Source: an uncultured Gemmatimonadaceae bacterium (GTDB lineage Bacteria; Gemmatimonadota; Gemmatimonadetes; Gemmatimonadales; Gemmatimonadaceae). From it: a stretch of DNA of 64,000 bases. The notes below the pieces were generated by a model. It saw only the letters and a program-made list of their open reading frames with translations. It made no database searches and had not been told where the DNA came from. Numbering within the stretch: position 1 is the first letter of the stretch; each line of letters opens with the position of its first letter. Where the stretch lies: the NCBI GenBank assembly GCA_963790305.1, contig CAWBOC010000001.1:1-64000 (forward strand), written 5' to 3'. Positions 39,133 to 50,890 of the stretch are shown piece after piece. Position numbers and translations under genes: made by a program.

Positions 39133-40707
39133 TCACCTGCCACTCGACCGCCCAGTAACATTCTGGCGGTCGAGGATGGCGGTGTCGCCACGCGCAGCCT
39201 CCGTGGTGAAGAGCGAGACGACGATCCCGACCGCGAACGACAGCGGTATCGTGATCAACGCCGGATTCTTGAGTGGGAACCACGCGCCGGGCCTGCCCAG
39301 AACGTCCACCTGAATCGTCGGCGAGAACCAAATGAGTGCGAGTGCGGCAGTGGTCCCGATGACCATGCTCGCCACCGCGCCCGCGGTCGTACACCGTCGC
39401 CAGAAGATCGAAAGCACGAGCGCGGGAAAGTTCGCGCTCGCCGCGATCGCGAAGGCGAGGGATACCATGAAGGCCACGTTCTGTCCCTTGAACGTGATGC
39501 CGAGCAGAATCGCCGCGACACCAAGAACGACGGTCGCGACACGCGCGACGCGAAGCTGCTCCTTCGCGTCGGCGTGGGCGTGGCGCACGACGTTGACCCA
39601 CAGGTCATGCGACAGCGCCGCCGCTCCGGAGAGCGTGAGGCCGGCGACGACGGCGAGGATGGTCGCGAAGGCCACCGCGGCGATGAATCCGAGCAGCGGC
39701 GTACCCCCGAGCATTTCCGCCAGCAACGGCGCCGCCATGTTTCCACCCGGATCCACGGCGCGAATGGTCTCGGGACCCACGAGCACCATCGCGCCGAACC
39801 CGAGCACGAACGTCATGAGATAGAAGAATCCAATGAGTCCCGTCGCATAGAACACCGACTTCCGCGCCGCGCGCGCGTCGGGCACGGTGTAGAATCGCAT
39901 GAGGATGTGCGGCAACCCCGCGGTACCGAACATGAGCGCCATGCCAAGCGAAAAGGCATCGAGCGGATTCGACACCAGCCGTCCCGGCGCCAGTACGGCA
40001 TCGCCATAGCGCTCGGCCGCCGCCGCGAACAGGGCGGCGGGATTCATGTCGAAGCGCCAGAGCACCATCAACGCCAGGAGGAGCGCGCCGCCTAACAGGA
40101 GCCCGGCTTTCACGATCTGCACCCAGGTCGTCGCGATCATCCCGCCAAAGAGCACATAGGCGAGCATGGCCACGCCCACCACGATCACCGCCTGCTCGTA
40201 CGGAATGCCGAACATGAGGCGAATCAGTCCCCCTGCCCCGACCATCTGCGCGATGAGGTACAGGAGGACAGTCGCCAGCGTCCCCAGCGCGGCCGCGATC
40301 CGGACGGGGGTTTGCCGAAGTCGCGCCGCGACGACGTCCGCGAACGTGTATCGGCCGAGGTTGCGCAGCGGCTCCGCGATGAGAAAGAGCACGATGGGCC
40401 AGCCGACCAGCCACCCCGTGGAGTAGATCAGGCCGTCGAACCCGGTCGTCGACACGAGGCCCGCAATGCCGAGGAACGACGCGGCACTCATGTAATCGCC
40501 GGCGAGCGCGAAACCGTTCTGTCCCGCGCTCACGGTGCGGCCAGCGGCGTAGAACTCTTCGGTCGTGCGCGTGCGACGAGCGGCCCAGTACGTGATGCCG
40601 AGCGTCACCGCGATGAAGGCGAAGAAGAACCCCATCGCGATTCGATTGGGCTCGCCGAGCCTCGTGGCGCTCGTCGATGCACCCTGCAGGAGGGCAAGGA
40701 GGATCAC
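39133..40707 (-). CDS. actP: Cation/acetate symporter ActP (SSS family)
   Basis: NGFALAGDYMSAASFLG, GTAGLPHILMRFYTVP, AVAFATILAVVAGL; GTGA overlap with upstream gene. Confidence 0.93.
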   Translation of the reverse strand: MILLALLQGASTSATRLGEPNRIAMGFFFAFIAVTLGITYWAARRTRTTEEFYAAGRTVSAGQNGFALAGDYMSAASFLGIAGLVSTTGFDGLIYSTGWLVGWPIVLFLIAEPLRNLGRYTFADVVAARLRQTPVRIAAALGTLATVLLYLIAQMVGAGGLIRLMFGIPYEQAVIVVGVAMLAYVLFGGMIATTWVQIVKAGLLLGGALLLALMVLWRFDMNPAALFAAAAERYGDAVLAPGRLVSNPLDAFSLGMALMFGTAGLPHILMRFYTVPDARAARKSVFYATGLIGFFYLMTFVLGFGAMVLVGPETIRAVDPGGNMAAPLLAEMLGGTPLLGFIAAVAFATILAVVAGLTLSGAAALSHDLWVNVVRHAHADAKEQLRVARVATVVLGVAAILLGITFKGQNVAFMVSLAFAIAASANFPALVLSIFWRRCTTAGAVASMVIGTTAALALIWFSPTIQVDVLGRPGAWFPLKNPALITIPLSFAVGIVVSLFTTEAARGDTAILDRQNVTGRSSGR

Positions 40708-40979
40708 TTTCGCAACGCCTCGAGGCGCGCGTCGTAATGCGCGTTGGCCCAGTACACATACACCCAGGTGAGGAGCCACGACGCGACGATGACGCACACC
40801 CCCAGCAGAATGCCGAGTGTGAGCCCGGGTGCGACGCGCGTCGCGAGCAGCGGCTTGTCAAAGGCGATGAGCGCGATGAAACCGAAGTACACGGCGATCA
40901 TGATCACCGTCAACAGGATCGCGATCCTCCAACGCGCACGCGCCAGGGCGCGCACCTGATCGTGTGAGTCGTCCACCAT
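40704..40979 (-). CDS. DUF485 (YjcH-like) membrane protein
   Basis: YFGFIALIAF, YVYWAN..YD; canonical position upstream of actP; SD GGAGG. Confidence 0.9.
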   Translation of the reverse strand: MVDDSHDQVRALARARWRIAILLTVIMIAVYFGFIALIAFDKPLLATRVAPGLTLGILLGVCVIVASWLLTWVYVYWANAHYDARLEALRK

Positions 40980-41133
40980 TCCTCCGCAATGCAGGGTCAA
41001 CGGGCGCGTGAAGATACGCGGCGGCGCCGCGGGCGGCTACGGCGCGTTCACGCGCGCCGGTGCGCGTTGCCTCAATGCCGCACGCTTGCCCGGGTCGCTG
41101 CACTGTGCGCGCTCACCCAGTACGGAGATCGTC

Positions 41134-41364
41134 ATGCATTCCATGATCGCCGGGCGCGTGGTCATTGTGGCGGCGGCATTGATCGCTGCCTGCGCCGACC
41201 CCGTGGGCCCGACTCAGCGGGTTGTCGAGGACCCGACCGTCGTCGCTGCGTTCGCGCGGCATCGCCCGGGGCCGGGTTCCGTTCCTGATTCGGTTGGTAT
41301 TCCGGCGCCGCCGATTCCGCCCATTTTCGAAGAGATGCCCGCGGGATCCGACGGGGCGCAGTGA
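41134..41364 (+). CDS. Small Pro-rich lipoprotein
   Basis: SD GGAGA; lipobox IAAC. Confidence 0.55.
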   Translation: MHSMIAGRVVIVAAALIAACADPVGPTQRVVEDPTVVAAFARHRPGPGSVPDSVGIPAPPIPPIFEEMPAGSDGAQ

Positions 41365-41419
41365 CCTGTCTTGCGACGCGCGGGTCACTTATCGTGAAGG
41401 CACTCACACGAGAGAGATC

Positions 41420-41860
41420 ATGCGCGTCGCGCTCGCCGCTGCAGCGTTGTTCACCCTTCTCGGCTGTTCCTCAGCTACCGGGCTCGCGCGTTGCGAGCCG
41501 GGCGCGAGTAACTCGGTCGTGTGCGCACGACTGGGTGAGGAATTCGATCTCCGCCTGAACGAAACGGCGTATATCGCCAACACGCCGCTTTCCATTCAAG
41601 CGCTGGCCGTGCCCGAGGACTCGCGCTGCCCGACAGACGTAGTGTGTGCGTGGGCCGGCAACGCGCGCGTTTCGTTGATGCTGCGCGAAGGTGCAAACGC
41701 CAATGCGGCCGACGTCAACTCGACGCTCGAGCCCCGAGCTGTCTCCCGGTTTGGCTATACCGTGGAGCTCGTCGACGTGCGGCCAGGACGCATTTCCACT
41801 CAGACCGTCCCCCCCGAGGCGTACGTCATCCGGCTGGTGGCCAGGCGGGCGAGCAGCTAG
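41420..41860 (+). CDS. Hypothetical lipoprotein (DSRCPxDVxCxWAG family)
   Basis: Lipobox LLGC; EDSRCPTDVVCAWAGNARV. Confidence 0.8.
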   Translation: MRVALAAAALFTLLGCSSATGLARCEPGASNSVVCARLGEEFDLRLNETAYIANTPLSIQALAVPEDSRCPTDVVCAWAGNARVSLMLREGANANAADVNSTLEPRAVSRFGYTVELVDVRPGRISTQTVPPEAYVIRLVARRASS

Positions 41861-41928
41861 AGGCCCCGAATCCTGCTGGCTCCGAGATTGCTTCTAGTTT
41901 GGGAAGCCGACTACTTGGGGAGGCAGTC

Positions 41929-42540
41929 ATGGCCGAAGTGTTCACGGAATACGAAGCATCGGTTCGCGACGAAAGCGGTCGCGAGTTCATTGCACGCGCC
42001 TGCGGCCGTGAATGCGCCGATGGACATTGGGAAGGCTGGCTTGAATTCATCCCGCTCGATGGAGGGGACGTCGTTCGCTCCGCGCGCGAGACGACGCAGC
42101 CGAATCGAGTCGACACCGAATATTGGGCGACTGGTCTCACGCCGATCTATCTCGAGGGAGCGCTGCACCGCGCGGTGGAGCCGGTGCAGGTCGTCGAGCG
42201 CGTGGTCGATGTTCAACCCGCATATGATGCACCTGCGCCCGATCGACCGATCGTGTCCGTATCCGGTACGCGCAGCTCGCGAGCGCGCCCGGTGCTCAAT
42301 CCTTTCGAGGTTTACCAGCAAGGCGAGGATATCCTCCGCGGACAGCTCGGCGCACTCGACGGGCCGCGTCTGCGCGACATCATCCGGGGGTATTCGCTGA
42401 CCGCTGGCGACACGGCCGAGCTGTTGCGCGTGAGCGAGGCTGAGCTGACCGACAGGATCATTGCGGCAGTACGGCGGGCCGACGGGCGCGAGCGCGTTAG
42501 CGAGGAGTCCCCGGACTTAGGTGCTCCTAGGAGCGCTTAA
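41929..42540 (+). CDS. Hypothetical protein
   Basis: SD GGAGG; WEGWLEF, RETTQPNR..YWATGL...YLEGAL, NPFEVYQQGEDILR. Confidence 0.75.
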   Translation: MAEVFTEYEASVRDESGREFIARACGRECADGHWEGWLEFIPLDGGDVVRSARETTQPNRVDTEYWATGLTPIYLEGALHRAVEPVQVVERVVDVQPAYDAPAPDRPIVSVSGTRSSRARPVLNPFEVYQQGEDILRGQLGALDGPRLRDIIRGYSLTAGDTAELLRVSEAELTDRIIAAVRRADGRERVSEESPDLGAPRSA

Positions 42541-42656
42541 GCCTCCGCGCGGACTGACTGGGACGCGTCAGTTTTCGCAGGCACGCGTCCCGGTCGGCCT
42601 GTGTCTGGCAATAGGGGGAGCTTCGGAGCACAAACCCCAGCCCGAGGCATTCCCCA

Positions 42657-43139
42657 ATGGCAATCACCACCGAAATCGACGAGCCCGTCATCGCGCGCAC
42701 CACGCACCATCGCGAGTTGACGCCGGCAGCGCTCGCGGTCCTGCGCATCGGCGCGGGCCTGCTCTTCATGCAACACGGCCTTCAGAAGCTCTTTGGGATG
42801 TTCGGCGGTTTTGGCGGAACGCCGGGCGCCACCGCGCCCCTCGACTCGCTGATGGGCGTCGCCGGCATTCTGGAACTGGTGGGTGGCGCACTGCTCGTGG
42901 CCGGGCTGTTCGTGCGACCGGTAGCGCTGATCCTTCTGGTCGAGATGGTCGCGGCGTATTTCCAGGCACACCTGCCACAGGGTGGAGTGCCCATTCAGAA
43001 CGGTGGCGAGCTGGCGCTCCTGTACGCCCTGGTCTTCGCGTTCCTGGCCGCACGAGGTGCGGGCCCCGCGAGCGTGGACGCACGACGGCTGCACACGCGT
43101 CATGAGATGGCCAGACGGGAGCGCGTCCGCGCTGCCTAA
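42657..43139 (+). CDS. DoxX family membrane protein
   Basis: LRIGAGLLFMQHGLQKLFG, NGGELALLY, GAGPASVD; terminator hairpin at about 43152-43190. Confidence 0.92.
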   Translation: MAITTEIDEPVIARTTHHRELTPAALAVLRIGAGLLFMQHGLQKLFGMFGGFGGTPGATAPLDSLMGVAGILELVGGALLVAGLFVRPVALILLVEMVAAYFQAHLPQGGVPIQNGGELALLYALVFAFLAARGAGPASVDARRLHTRHEMARRERVRAA

Positions 43140-43265
43140 CGTGGGAAGAAGAAAACACCGGCCGCATCGAATCGATGCGGCCGGTGTTTGTATGCCCGTG
43201 GTTCTTCTGAATGGAGCACGCATCCCAGGCGGACCACATCGGCCTCGCCATATCGTCGGACTCGT

Positions 43266-43736
43266 ATGGAGATCAAAATGACCCTGAGAGCGCCAATCCT
43301 CGGACTCGTTCTTTTCCTCGGCTGCGCGACCGGCGCCACGACACAGACTTCCACGACAGACCAGGAAATCATTCAGCTTTCGAAAAACAAATGGCAATGG
43401 ATGGCGGACAAGGACGTGGGCAAACTCGAGCCACTGTTCCATGCCAGGTCAAAGTTTGTGCACATGAGTGGAACATGGAAGAAGGACGAGGAGCTCGACA
43501 TCATCAAAACCGGCAGAATCTGGTACAAGCAGGCTGATGTCCACGATGTGGCCGTAGAAGTGTTCGAGCATACTGCCCTTGTCTGGAGTCGCATCACGCT
43601 ACATGCGATAGTCGGCGGCAACGCCGTCGCGACTGAATTCACCGTAACCGAGGTCTACCAGAGACAAGCCACTGATTGGAAACTATTGGATCTGACATTT
43701 AGCAGCGTACGGGACACGCACCAGATTCGGAAATAG
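43266..43736 (+). CDS. DUF4440/NTF2-like lipoprotein
   Basis: Lipobox FLGC; FVHMSG, FTVTEVY..WKL; visibly lower GC than neighbours. Confidence 0.8.
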   Translation: MEIKMTLRAPILGLVLFLGCATGATTQTSTTDQEIIQLSKNKWQWMADKDVGKLEPLFHARSKFVHMSGTWKKDEELDIIKTGRIWYKQADVHDVAVEVFEHTALVWSRITLHAIVGGNAVATEFTVTEVYQRQATDWKLLDLTFSSVRDTHQIRK

Positions 43737-43917
43737 TTGGGATCCACTTGGATCAACGCGAATGCCAAACACAGTTTCCGCGTTCACCGGGCGGCCAACT
43801 ACAGACATCGTCCTCGCTGCTCAACACTCACTCGTCGCTCGCCGCCCGAGGGTGGCACTCTGGGAAGTCGCCATGGGGAGGTCGCAAAAAAGCCCGCTGA
43901 CGCGGGCTAAGTTGTTA

Positions 43918-43991
<74 letters not shown>

Positions 43992-44008
43992 CGGTAGAGA
44001 CGGAAAAG

Positions 44009-44491
44009 TTACGCGGTCGCCGAGGGGGAGTCAACGACGGCACCCGCGGCGGAGAGGCGCGTCGTAATTCGAACGCCCGCGTCGAGCGTGCGGTGCACCG
44101 GACATCGCTCGGCGATCTCGGCGAGCTTCACACGTTGGTCGTGGGTGAGTGGGCCGGCTATCTCGAGGGTGCGCTCAATGTGGTCGAGGCGCGCCGGGCG
44201 ATCCTCGCAGTGCTGTTCGTCGACCACGTGCGAGCGCGAGTGGTGCATATGCACGACGACGCCTTCGAGTGGCCACTTCTTGCGATCGGCGTACATCCGC
44301 AGCGTCATGGCCGTGCAAGCGCCTAACGCGGCGAGGACGAGGTCGTAGGGCGTCGCGCCGGCGTCGCTACCACCCATTTCGCTGGGCTCGTCGGAGACGA
44401 GGGCGTGCCCGCTGGCGTCGATCTCGATCCGATAGCCGGAGCGGCCGATTCGGGCAGTGACGGTTCCTTCGTGAGATTCTGACTGGGTCAT
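44009..44491 (-). CDS. OsmC/YhfA family protein
   Basis: DEP..MGG.DAGATPYDL..AALGACTAMTLRMYA; AERCPVHRTL. Confidence 0.92.
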   Translation of the reverse strand: MTQSESHEGTVTARIGRSGYRIEIDASGHALVSDEPSEMGGSDAGATPYDLVLAALGACTAMTLRMYADRKKWPLEGVVVHMHHSRSHVVDEQHCEDRPARLDHIERTLEIAGPLTHDQRVKLAEIAERCPVHRTLDAGVRITTRLSAAGAVVDSPSATA

Positions 44492-44532
44492 GGCGTCACA
44501 GATCGCAGGAAGCGTACGAGGTCACCGTCGGG

Positions 44533-47518
44533 CTACCGGGGGCGCGCAAGCGTGGCGAGTCGCGCGCGCGCACTGTCGACGCGCGGCCGAAACTCCGGAT
44601 CGGCGTCCCGCCATAGCTCGATGAATCGAGCATAGTGTCGCGCTGCCTGAGCACGGTTTCGCAGCCGCTCGTGCACCTCGCCTTGCCGAAGATGGGACAG
44701 GGCCTGCAGCGGAACCTCGGTCACGGTGCCGATGCCGACGGACGCGAACCAGGCGAGCGCCTCAGCGTCGCGACCCAGCGCAGCCAGCACTTCTCCGCGG
44801 AGGAAGCGCTCGTTGGCCCGGCTCACGAAGGGTGTCAGGGTGACCTCGCCTTGCCAGTCCCGCGACTCGAGCGCCTCGAGCAAACGGAGCGCCTCCTCCG
44901 GCCGTCCGTGCTCCCATGCCAGCTGGGCGCGCAGTCCGCGATCCAGATCGCGTACGAGGGAGGTCGCGTTGCCAGACGCGGCCAGACGGTGGAGCGTCGC
45001 CGCAGCCGACGCGGCGCCCGCGCTGTCGCGCAGGCGAGCGGCGAGGATGCCTAACGTGTATTGACGCACGGGCTCGGTCTGGATGGGCCTCCCCAGGCCC
45101 AGCTCTCCGACGAACGTGCCGCGCGAGTGCGCCGGAGCAACCGGAGTCGCCGCGGCGCGGCGACGCACATGTATCATCGTCGAATCCGTGTACGGGAGCG
45201 GCAGCGTGGCGACGAACCATTCCGTCACGGCGTCGAACGCAGGACGCCGCAGCGCTGCCGGAGCTGCGCGCTCCGCGTCGACCGCACGCGCTCGCGTCGC
45301 GTTGCTCGCTGCCGCGCGACCGCCCGCCAGATCGAGCATCGACCCGAGCCAGTGGAGGTCCGCGCGCAGGCCCGAGCTCGGGAAGTCGGTGCTCAATTCC
45401 TCGATCACGTCTCGCATGAGCGAAGGTCGAGGACTGAAGGCCGTGAGAAAGGCCGCGACGCGCAACACGGCGTAGGGCTCCCCCCGCCGGACTTCGCGCG
45501 CGAGGGACAGCGCCGCGGCGGTGTCGCCGCGCGCCACTGCCCGCAGGATAGCCAACTCCTCGAGCCGTCGATCGGTGCGGAGCTCCTCGTCGCTGAACCG
45601 CGTCAACAGGGAGTCGATCGCCGCGGTGCGCCCCGTCGCCGACGCGAGGCGCGCGAGGTGCGTGAGCGCAAAGAGGTTCCTGGGCTCGTACGAGAGCACT
45701 GACCGCCACGCCGCTTCCGATTCTTCAAGCGGCCGACCCAGCAGCGGGCCGTGATGGAACTGGATCTCGCCGAGCTGGAACCATGCGTCGACGTCGTCCG
45801 GATATCGCGCGAGGATGGTGCGATACGCACGCTCGGCCTCGGTCGCGTCACCCGCGCGCCAGCGGCCCAGCGCTTCCAGCAACATGCGGTCGCGTGTAGC
45901 CAATCGCGCGCCGTGTCGAGCCGCCGCGTGCGCGGCGTCCTCGATACCAACGAGGGGCGCCCATTCGCGCGCGAGCGAGAGGCGATAGTGGGCGACGGCG
46001 AACGTAGAGTCGAGCTCGATCGCCACGAGATACGCGTCGGCGGCACGCTCGAATCGCCCCGCGCGCATCTCGTCCTCGCCCTGGAGGTACGCCTTGAACG
46101 CGGGGAGCGACGCCGTCGTGAGCGCCGCAGTCCGCGTTAGGCGACCGGCCGCGGGATCGCCAAGCTCGCCGAGCAGGCGAGCGGCGAGCGCGTCCACAAG
46201 CGCGAAGAGGGAGTCCGCTCGTCCGCTCACCACGGCGCTCGTAGTTGGGCGGGCCACGGCACATCCGTCGCCCCTGGCCGCGCGCCGGAACCACCCGCAC
46301 CGCGCCTCTCCATCGTATACCGCAGCCTCAATGTGGATGACGCCCGCCGACTCGACAACGTCGCCGAGCACGAACATCCCAGCCCCGAGGCGCGCGGCCA
46401 TGCGCGCGCCGTGCAGTGGATCGGGAACGACGCCACCACCTTCAGTGACAGCAGCGAACGTCGCGCGCGAGTCTACGGGCCGCAGCGAACCCGCGCCGTC
46501 GAGCGCCGTGGTCAACAGGTTCACGATGCCATCGCCCAGGTATTGCACCGCATCATCGCCACGCACGGAAAACGGAAACACCGCAATCGCCGTCCTGGAA
46601 GGCGCTGGCGAACGCGCAAACGATGTTTCCCGCCTGAACCACACCGCCGAGAGCACGCCGACGAGCACGAGCGCCGCCACGGTGCGACGCCGCGTCCAGC
46701 GCGGCGGTCGAATGGTTTCGTGAGTCGGAGCGGAGGTGGCGCGATCCTGGGGGAGGTCGGAGACCGGCTGCGGCGCGGGGGCCGTCGACATGCGAGGTGT
46801 CGGCAGCCGGGCCGATTCCGATCGCAGACGGTCGACAAGCTCACGCGTTTCGTCCAGCGGCTCGAGTCCGTCCGGCTCGAGCACGCGCGAGTACAGCTCA
46901 TAGTGTCTGATCGCCTCGGCGCGCTCACCCGCATCCGCGAGCGCCTCGATCAGCCGGTGCTGCGCCTCGTCGTCCGCCGGGTCGCGGGCGGCCCATCGCC
47001 TCAGCGGCTTCGATCGCGCCGCGCAGGTCACCAGCCGCGCGCTTCGCCTCGACGAGATCGCGGCACGCCTGGCGGAATGCCCGCGCGAACTGCGCGCGTC
47101 GGCCGTCGACCCAGTTCTCCCACGGCTTGAGGTCGACGAGGTGAACGCCGTCCAGGAACGGACCTCGATACAGGCCCACCGCCAGCTCGGTGTCGCCGCG
47201 CTCGAGCGCATCGGTGAACAGGTTGGCGTCGGCGCGCACGTCGTCGCGCACGACGAGCTCATGGGCGCGTGAGTCGATCCACTCGCGGTCGCCCATGGCC
47301 CGTCGCGAATGATACAGGCTCTGCCGCAGCGCATGGCGCGCGTTCTCGGCGTCGCTCTCGGGCCAGAACATCGCCGCGAGCGACTCACGCGAGACTCGGC
47401 GCTCGACCGCCAGGTAGATGAAGAGGGCCGCGCGCGAGCGCTGTGCCAGCAGGCGCTCCAGCTCTCCCGCGTCGTCGACGACGTGCAGGCCGCCAAAGGT
47501 GACGAGCCGGACGGCCAC
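44533..47518 (-). pseudogene. Transmembrane SARP/BTAD-domain regulator with TPR region, frameshifted near 47002
   Basis: N-terminal frame: wHTH-BTAD (LVTFGGL..ARHALRQSLY..LYRGPFLDG..GAIEAA); second frame resumes RRWAARDPADDEAQHRLIEAL; one extra base joins them. Confidence 0.82.
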
Positions 47519-47618
47519 GGATGCGTCTCCGGAAGTGGGCTGGGTGGATGCGGGCGCGTACGAGGTCCAAGGGTAATGTCGCCTCACGGCTGTGGCAAGA
47601 CCATCTCACCGGCCGCAG

Positions 47619-47668
47619 GTGACGCCCGCGCGACGAGGGGTGACGCCCCCATGCCGTGGCGCGTGACG
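47619..47668. promoter_or_regulatory. Helically phased GTGACG-like direct repeats, candidate SARP-type binding site
   Basis: GTGACG 47619, GCGACG 47630, GTGACG 47640, ATGCCG 47651, GTGACG 47663. Confidence 0.5.
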
Positions 47669-47710
47669 GGTCGCGTGCAGCTTCCCGGCGACCCATTTGA
47701 GGAGGATTGC

Positions 47711-48706
47711 ATGCTTCGACGTGACGCGCTCACTCGGATCGCACTCGGTGGCATCGCTGGAGTTGCTGCCTGCGGTGACGCCGCGGGGCCTTTCGCCGCA
47801 GGGGAGCCTCTCCTGCGCTTCGCCGGGAGCTCAAACGATCACACTACGCGGAGGGGGGACACCATGAAGCACCACACCATCACCGGCGGAGGAGGCACCC
47901 TCCTCCACCTCGTCGAAACGGGAAACCCGCGGGGCCAGCCCATCCTTTTCATTCATGGCTTCTCGCAATGCTCGCTTGCCTGGGAGCGGCAGCTGGGCTC
48001 CGGGATCCTGCGGCGGTATCGCCTGGTCACGATGGATATGCGAGGACACGGCTCGTCGGAGCGCCCGGTCGAGGGCTACGCCGACTCGCGGCGTTGGGCG
48101 GATGACGTCGAGGCTGCGATACGCGAGCTGTCACTCGACCAGCCGATCCTCTGCGGGTGGTCGTACGGACCGCTCGTCATCCTCGACTACATTCGCCACT
48201 ACGGTGAAGCGCAGATCGGCGGAATTCATATCGTGGGAGGGATCACGAAGCTCGGAAGCACCAATGCGCTTTCACTGCTGACACCGGAGGTCCTCGGCCT
48301 CGTACCCGGCCTTTTTTCTCGTGACGCGGAGCAGTCCGTCGGCAGCCTCGAGGCACTCGTGCGCCTGTTCTTCGTCAACGAGCCGTCGACCGCCGAGCTC
48401 TACACGATGCTCGGTTGGAACGCCTCGGTCCCGCCGTTCGTCCGCGAGGCGCTGTTTTCGCGAATCATCGACAACGATGATGTGCTGCGGTCGATCCGCA
48501 CACCGGTGCTGATCACGCATGGAAGGGAAGATGCGGTCGTGAAGCTGGACGCTGTCGAGCGGCACCGCGCGCAGCTCCCGCACGCGCAAATTCACATCAT
48601 GCCGAACGCGGGGCACGCAGCGTTCTCGGAGGATGCGGACTCGTTCAACCAACGTCTCGCCGAGTTCTGCGCGGCAGCAAGAGCGGAGCTACCCGCGCAG
48701 CGCTGA
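47711..48706 (+). CDS. Alpha/beta hydrolase (non-heme haloperoxidase-like); alternative start at 47864
   Basis: ILFIHGF, DMRGHGSS, GWSYG nucleophile elbow, HGREDAVV, AGHA. Confidence 0.9.
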   Translation: MLRRDALTRIALGGIAGVAACGDAAGPFAAGEPLLRFAGSSNDHTTRRGDTMKHHTITGGGGTLLHLVETGNPRGQPILFIHGFSQCSLAWERQLGSGILRRYRLVTMDMRGHGSSERPVEGYADSRRWADDVEAAIRELSLDQPILCGWSYGPLVILDYIRHYGEAQIGGIHIVGGITKLGSTNALSLLTPEVLGLVPGLFSRDAEQSVGSLEALVRLFFVNEPSTAELYTMLGWNASVPPFVREALFSRIIDNDDVLRSIRTPVLITHGREDAVVKLDAVERHRAQLPHAQIHIMPNAGHAAFSEDADSFNQRLAEFCAAARAELPAQR

Positions 48707-48724
48707 CGAGGAGGTCACAACACA

Positions 48725-48754
48725 AACGCCCCGTGCTCTCGAGCACGGGGCGTT
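48725..48754. terminator. Terminator-like hairpin between the hydrolase and the 16S trailer
   Basis: AACGCCCCGTGCTC-TC-GAGCACGGGGCGTT. Confidence 0.75.
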
Positions 48755-48844
48755 GCGTTCAATCGTGTGTGAGTCGTGCGCTGGCGCGACATCCGAGACG
48801 CTTTCGTCGAGCGGCCGAAGCAGCTCGTTTACTCGCGATCTCCG

Positions 48845-50379
<1,535 letters not shown>

Positions 50380-50567
50380 TAGAATTTGATAAGCTCTCCA
50401 AACGCGGCATCAGACACGACGTGTCTGACGTCGCATCCGGAATCAATGATCTCGTGACTTGTTCTCTCCCCACCGCGCACGAGCGCGGCGGTTCATCGAG
50501 AGCCATCGCACGATCTCACACTCGATTGTCAAACAGCGAGTTTTCCCCACGTGTTCGGGGAACCCTG

Positions 50568-50595
50568 ATTATAGTCGAGTCCGGCGCGAGTTCAA
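50568..50595 (-). promoter_or_regulatory. rRNA promoter
   Basis: TTGAAC-16 bp-TATAAT; boxA-like GCTGTTTGACAA follows at 50526-50537. Confidence 0.8.
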
Positions 50596-50607
50596 GGTGG
50601 AAAACCC

Positions 50608-50890
50608 AAGGGCGCTAAGAGCGCTAGGAGCGCTAAGGGCGCTTACGGCCTCACCGTATCTCGAACCGTATCGCGTACTGTATCACGAACGGTATCGCGT
50701 ACCGTATCCGTCCCCGTTCGTATCCTCACCGTCGTGTCGCTCCCGCCGTCGCGACGCTCGCAGGCGGCAACAGCCAATACTGAAAACGTAGCGACCACCA
50801 TCGACAGCATGCGCGTGCGACTCATCGCTCCTCCATGCTCGAGCTGTGATCCTCAGCGCCCCTGGCGCCCCTAGCGCCCACAGCGCCCTT
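50608..50890. repeat. Two inverted arms of four 9-mers (family G) bracketing a small gene
   Basis: AAGGGCGCT-AAGAGCGCT-AGGAGCGCT-AAGGGCGCT (50608-50643) and AGCGCCCCT-GGCGCCCCT-AGCGCCCAC-AGCGCCCTT (50855-50890). Confidence 0.85.
50643..50825 (-). CDS. 60-aa lipoprotein with a (DTVR)x5 tail
   Basis: SD GGAGGAG, lipobox VAAC, 12-nt repeats with synonymous variation. Confidence 0.75.
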   Translation of the reverse strand: MSRTRMLSMVVATFSVLAVAACERRDGGSDTTVRIRTGTDTVRDTVRDTVRDTVRDTVRP

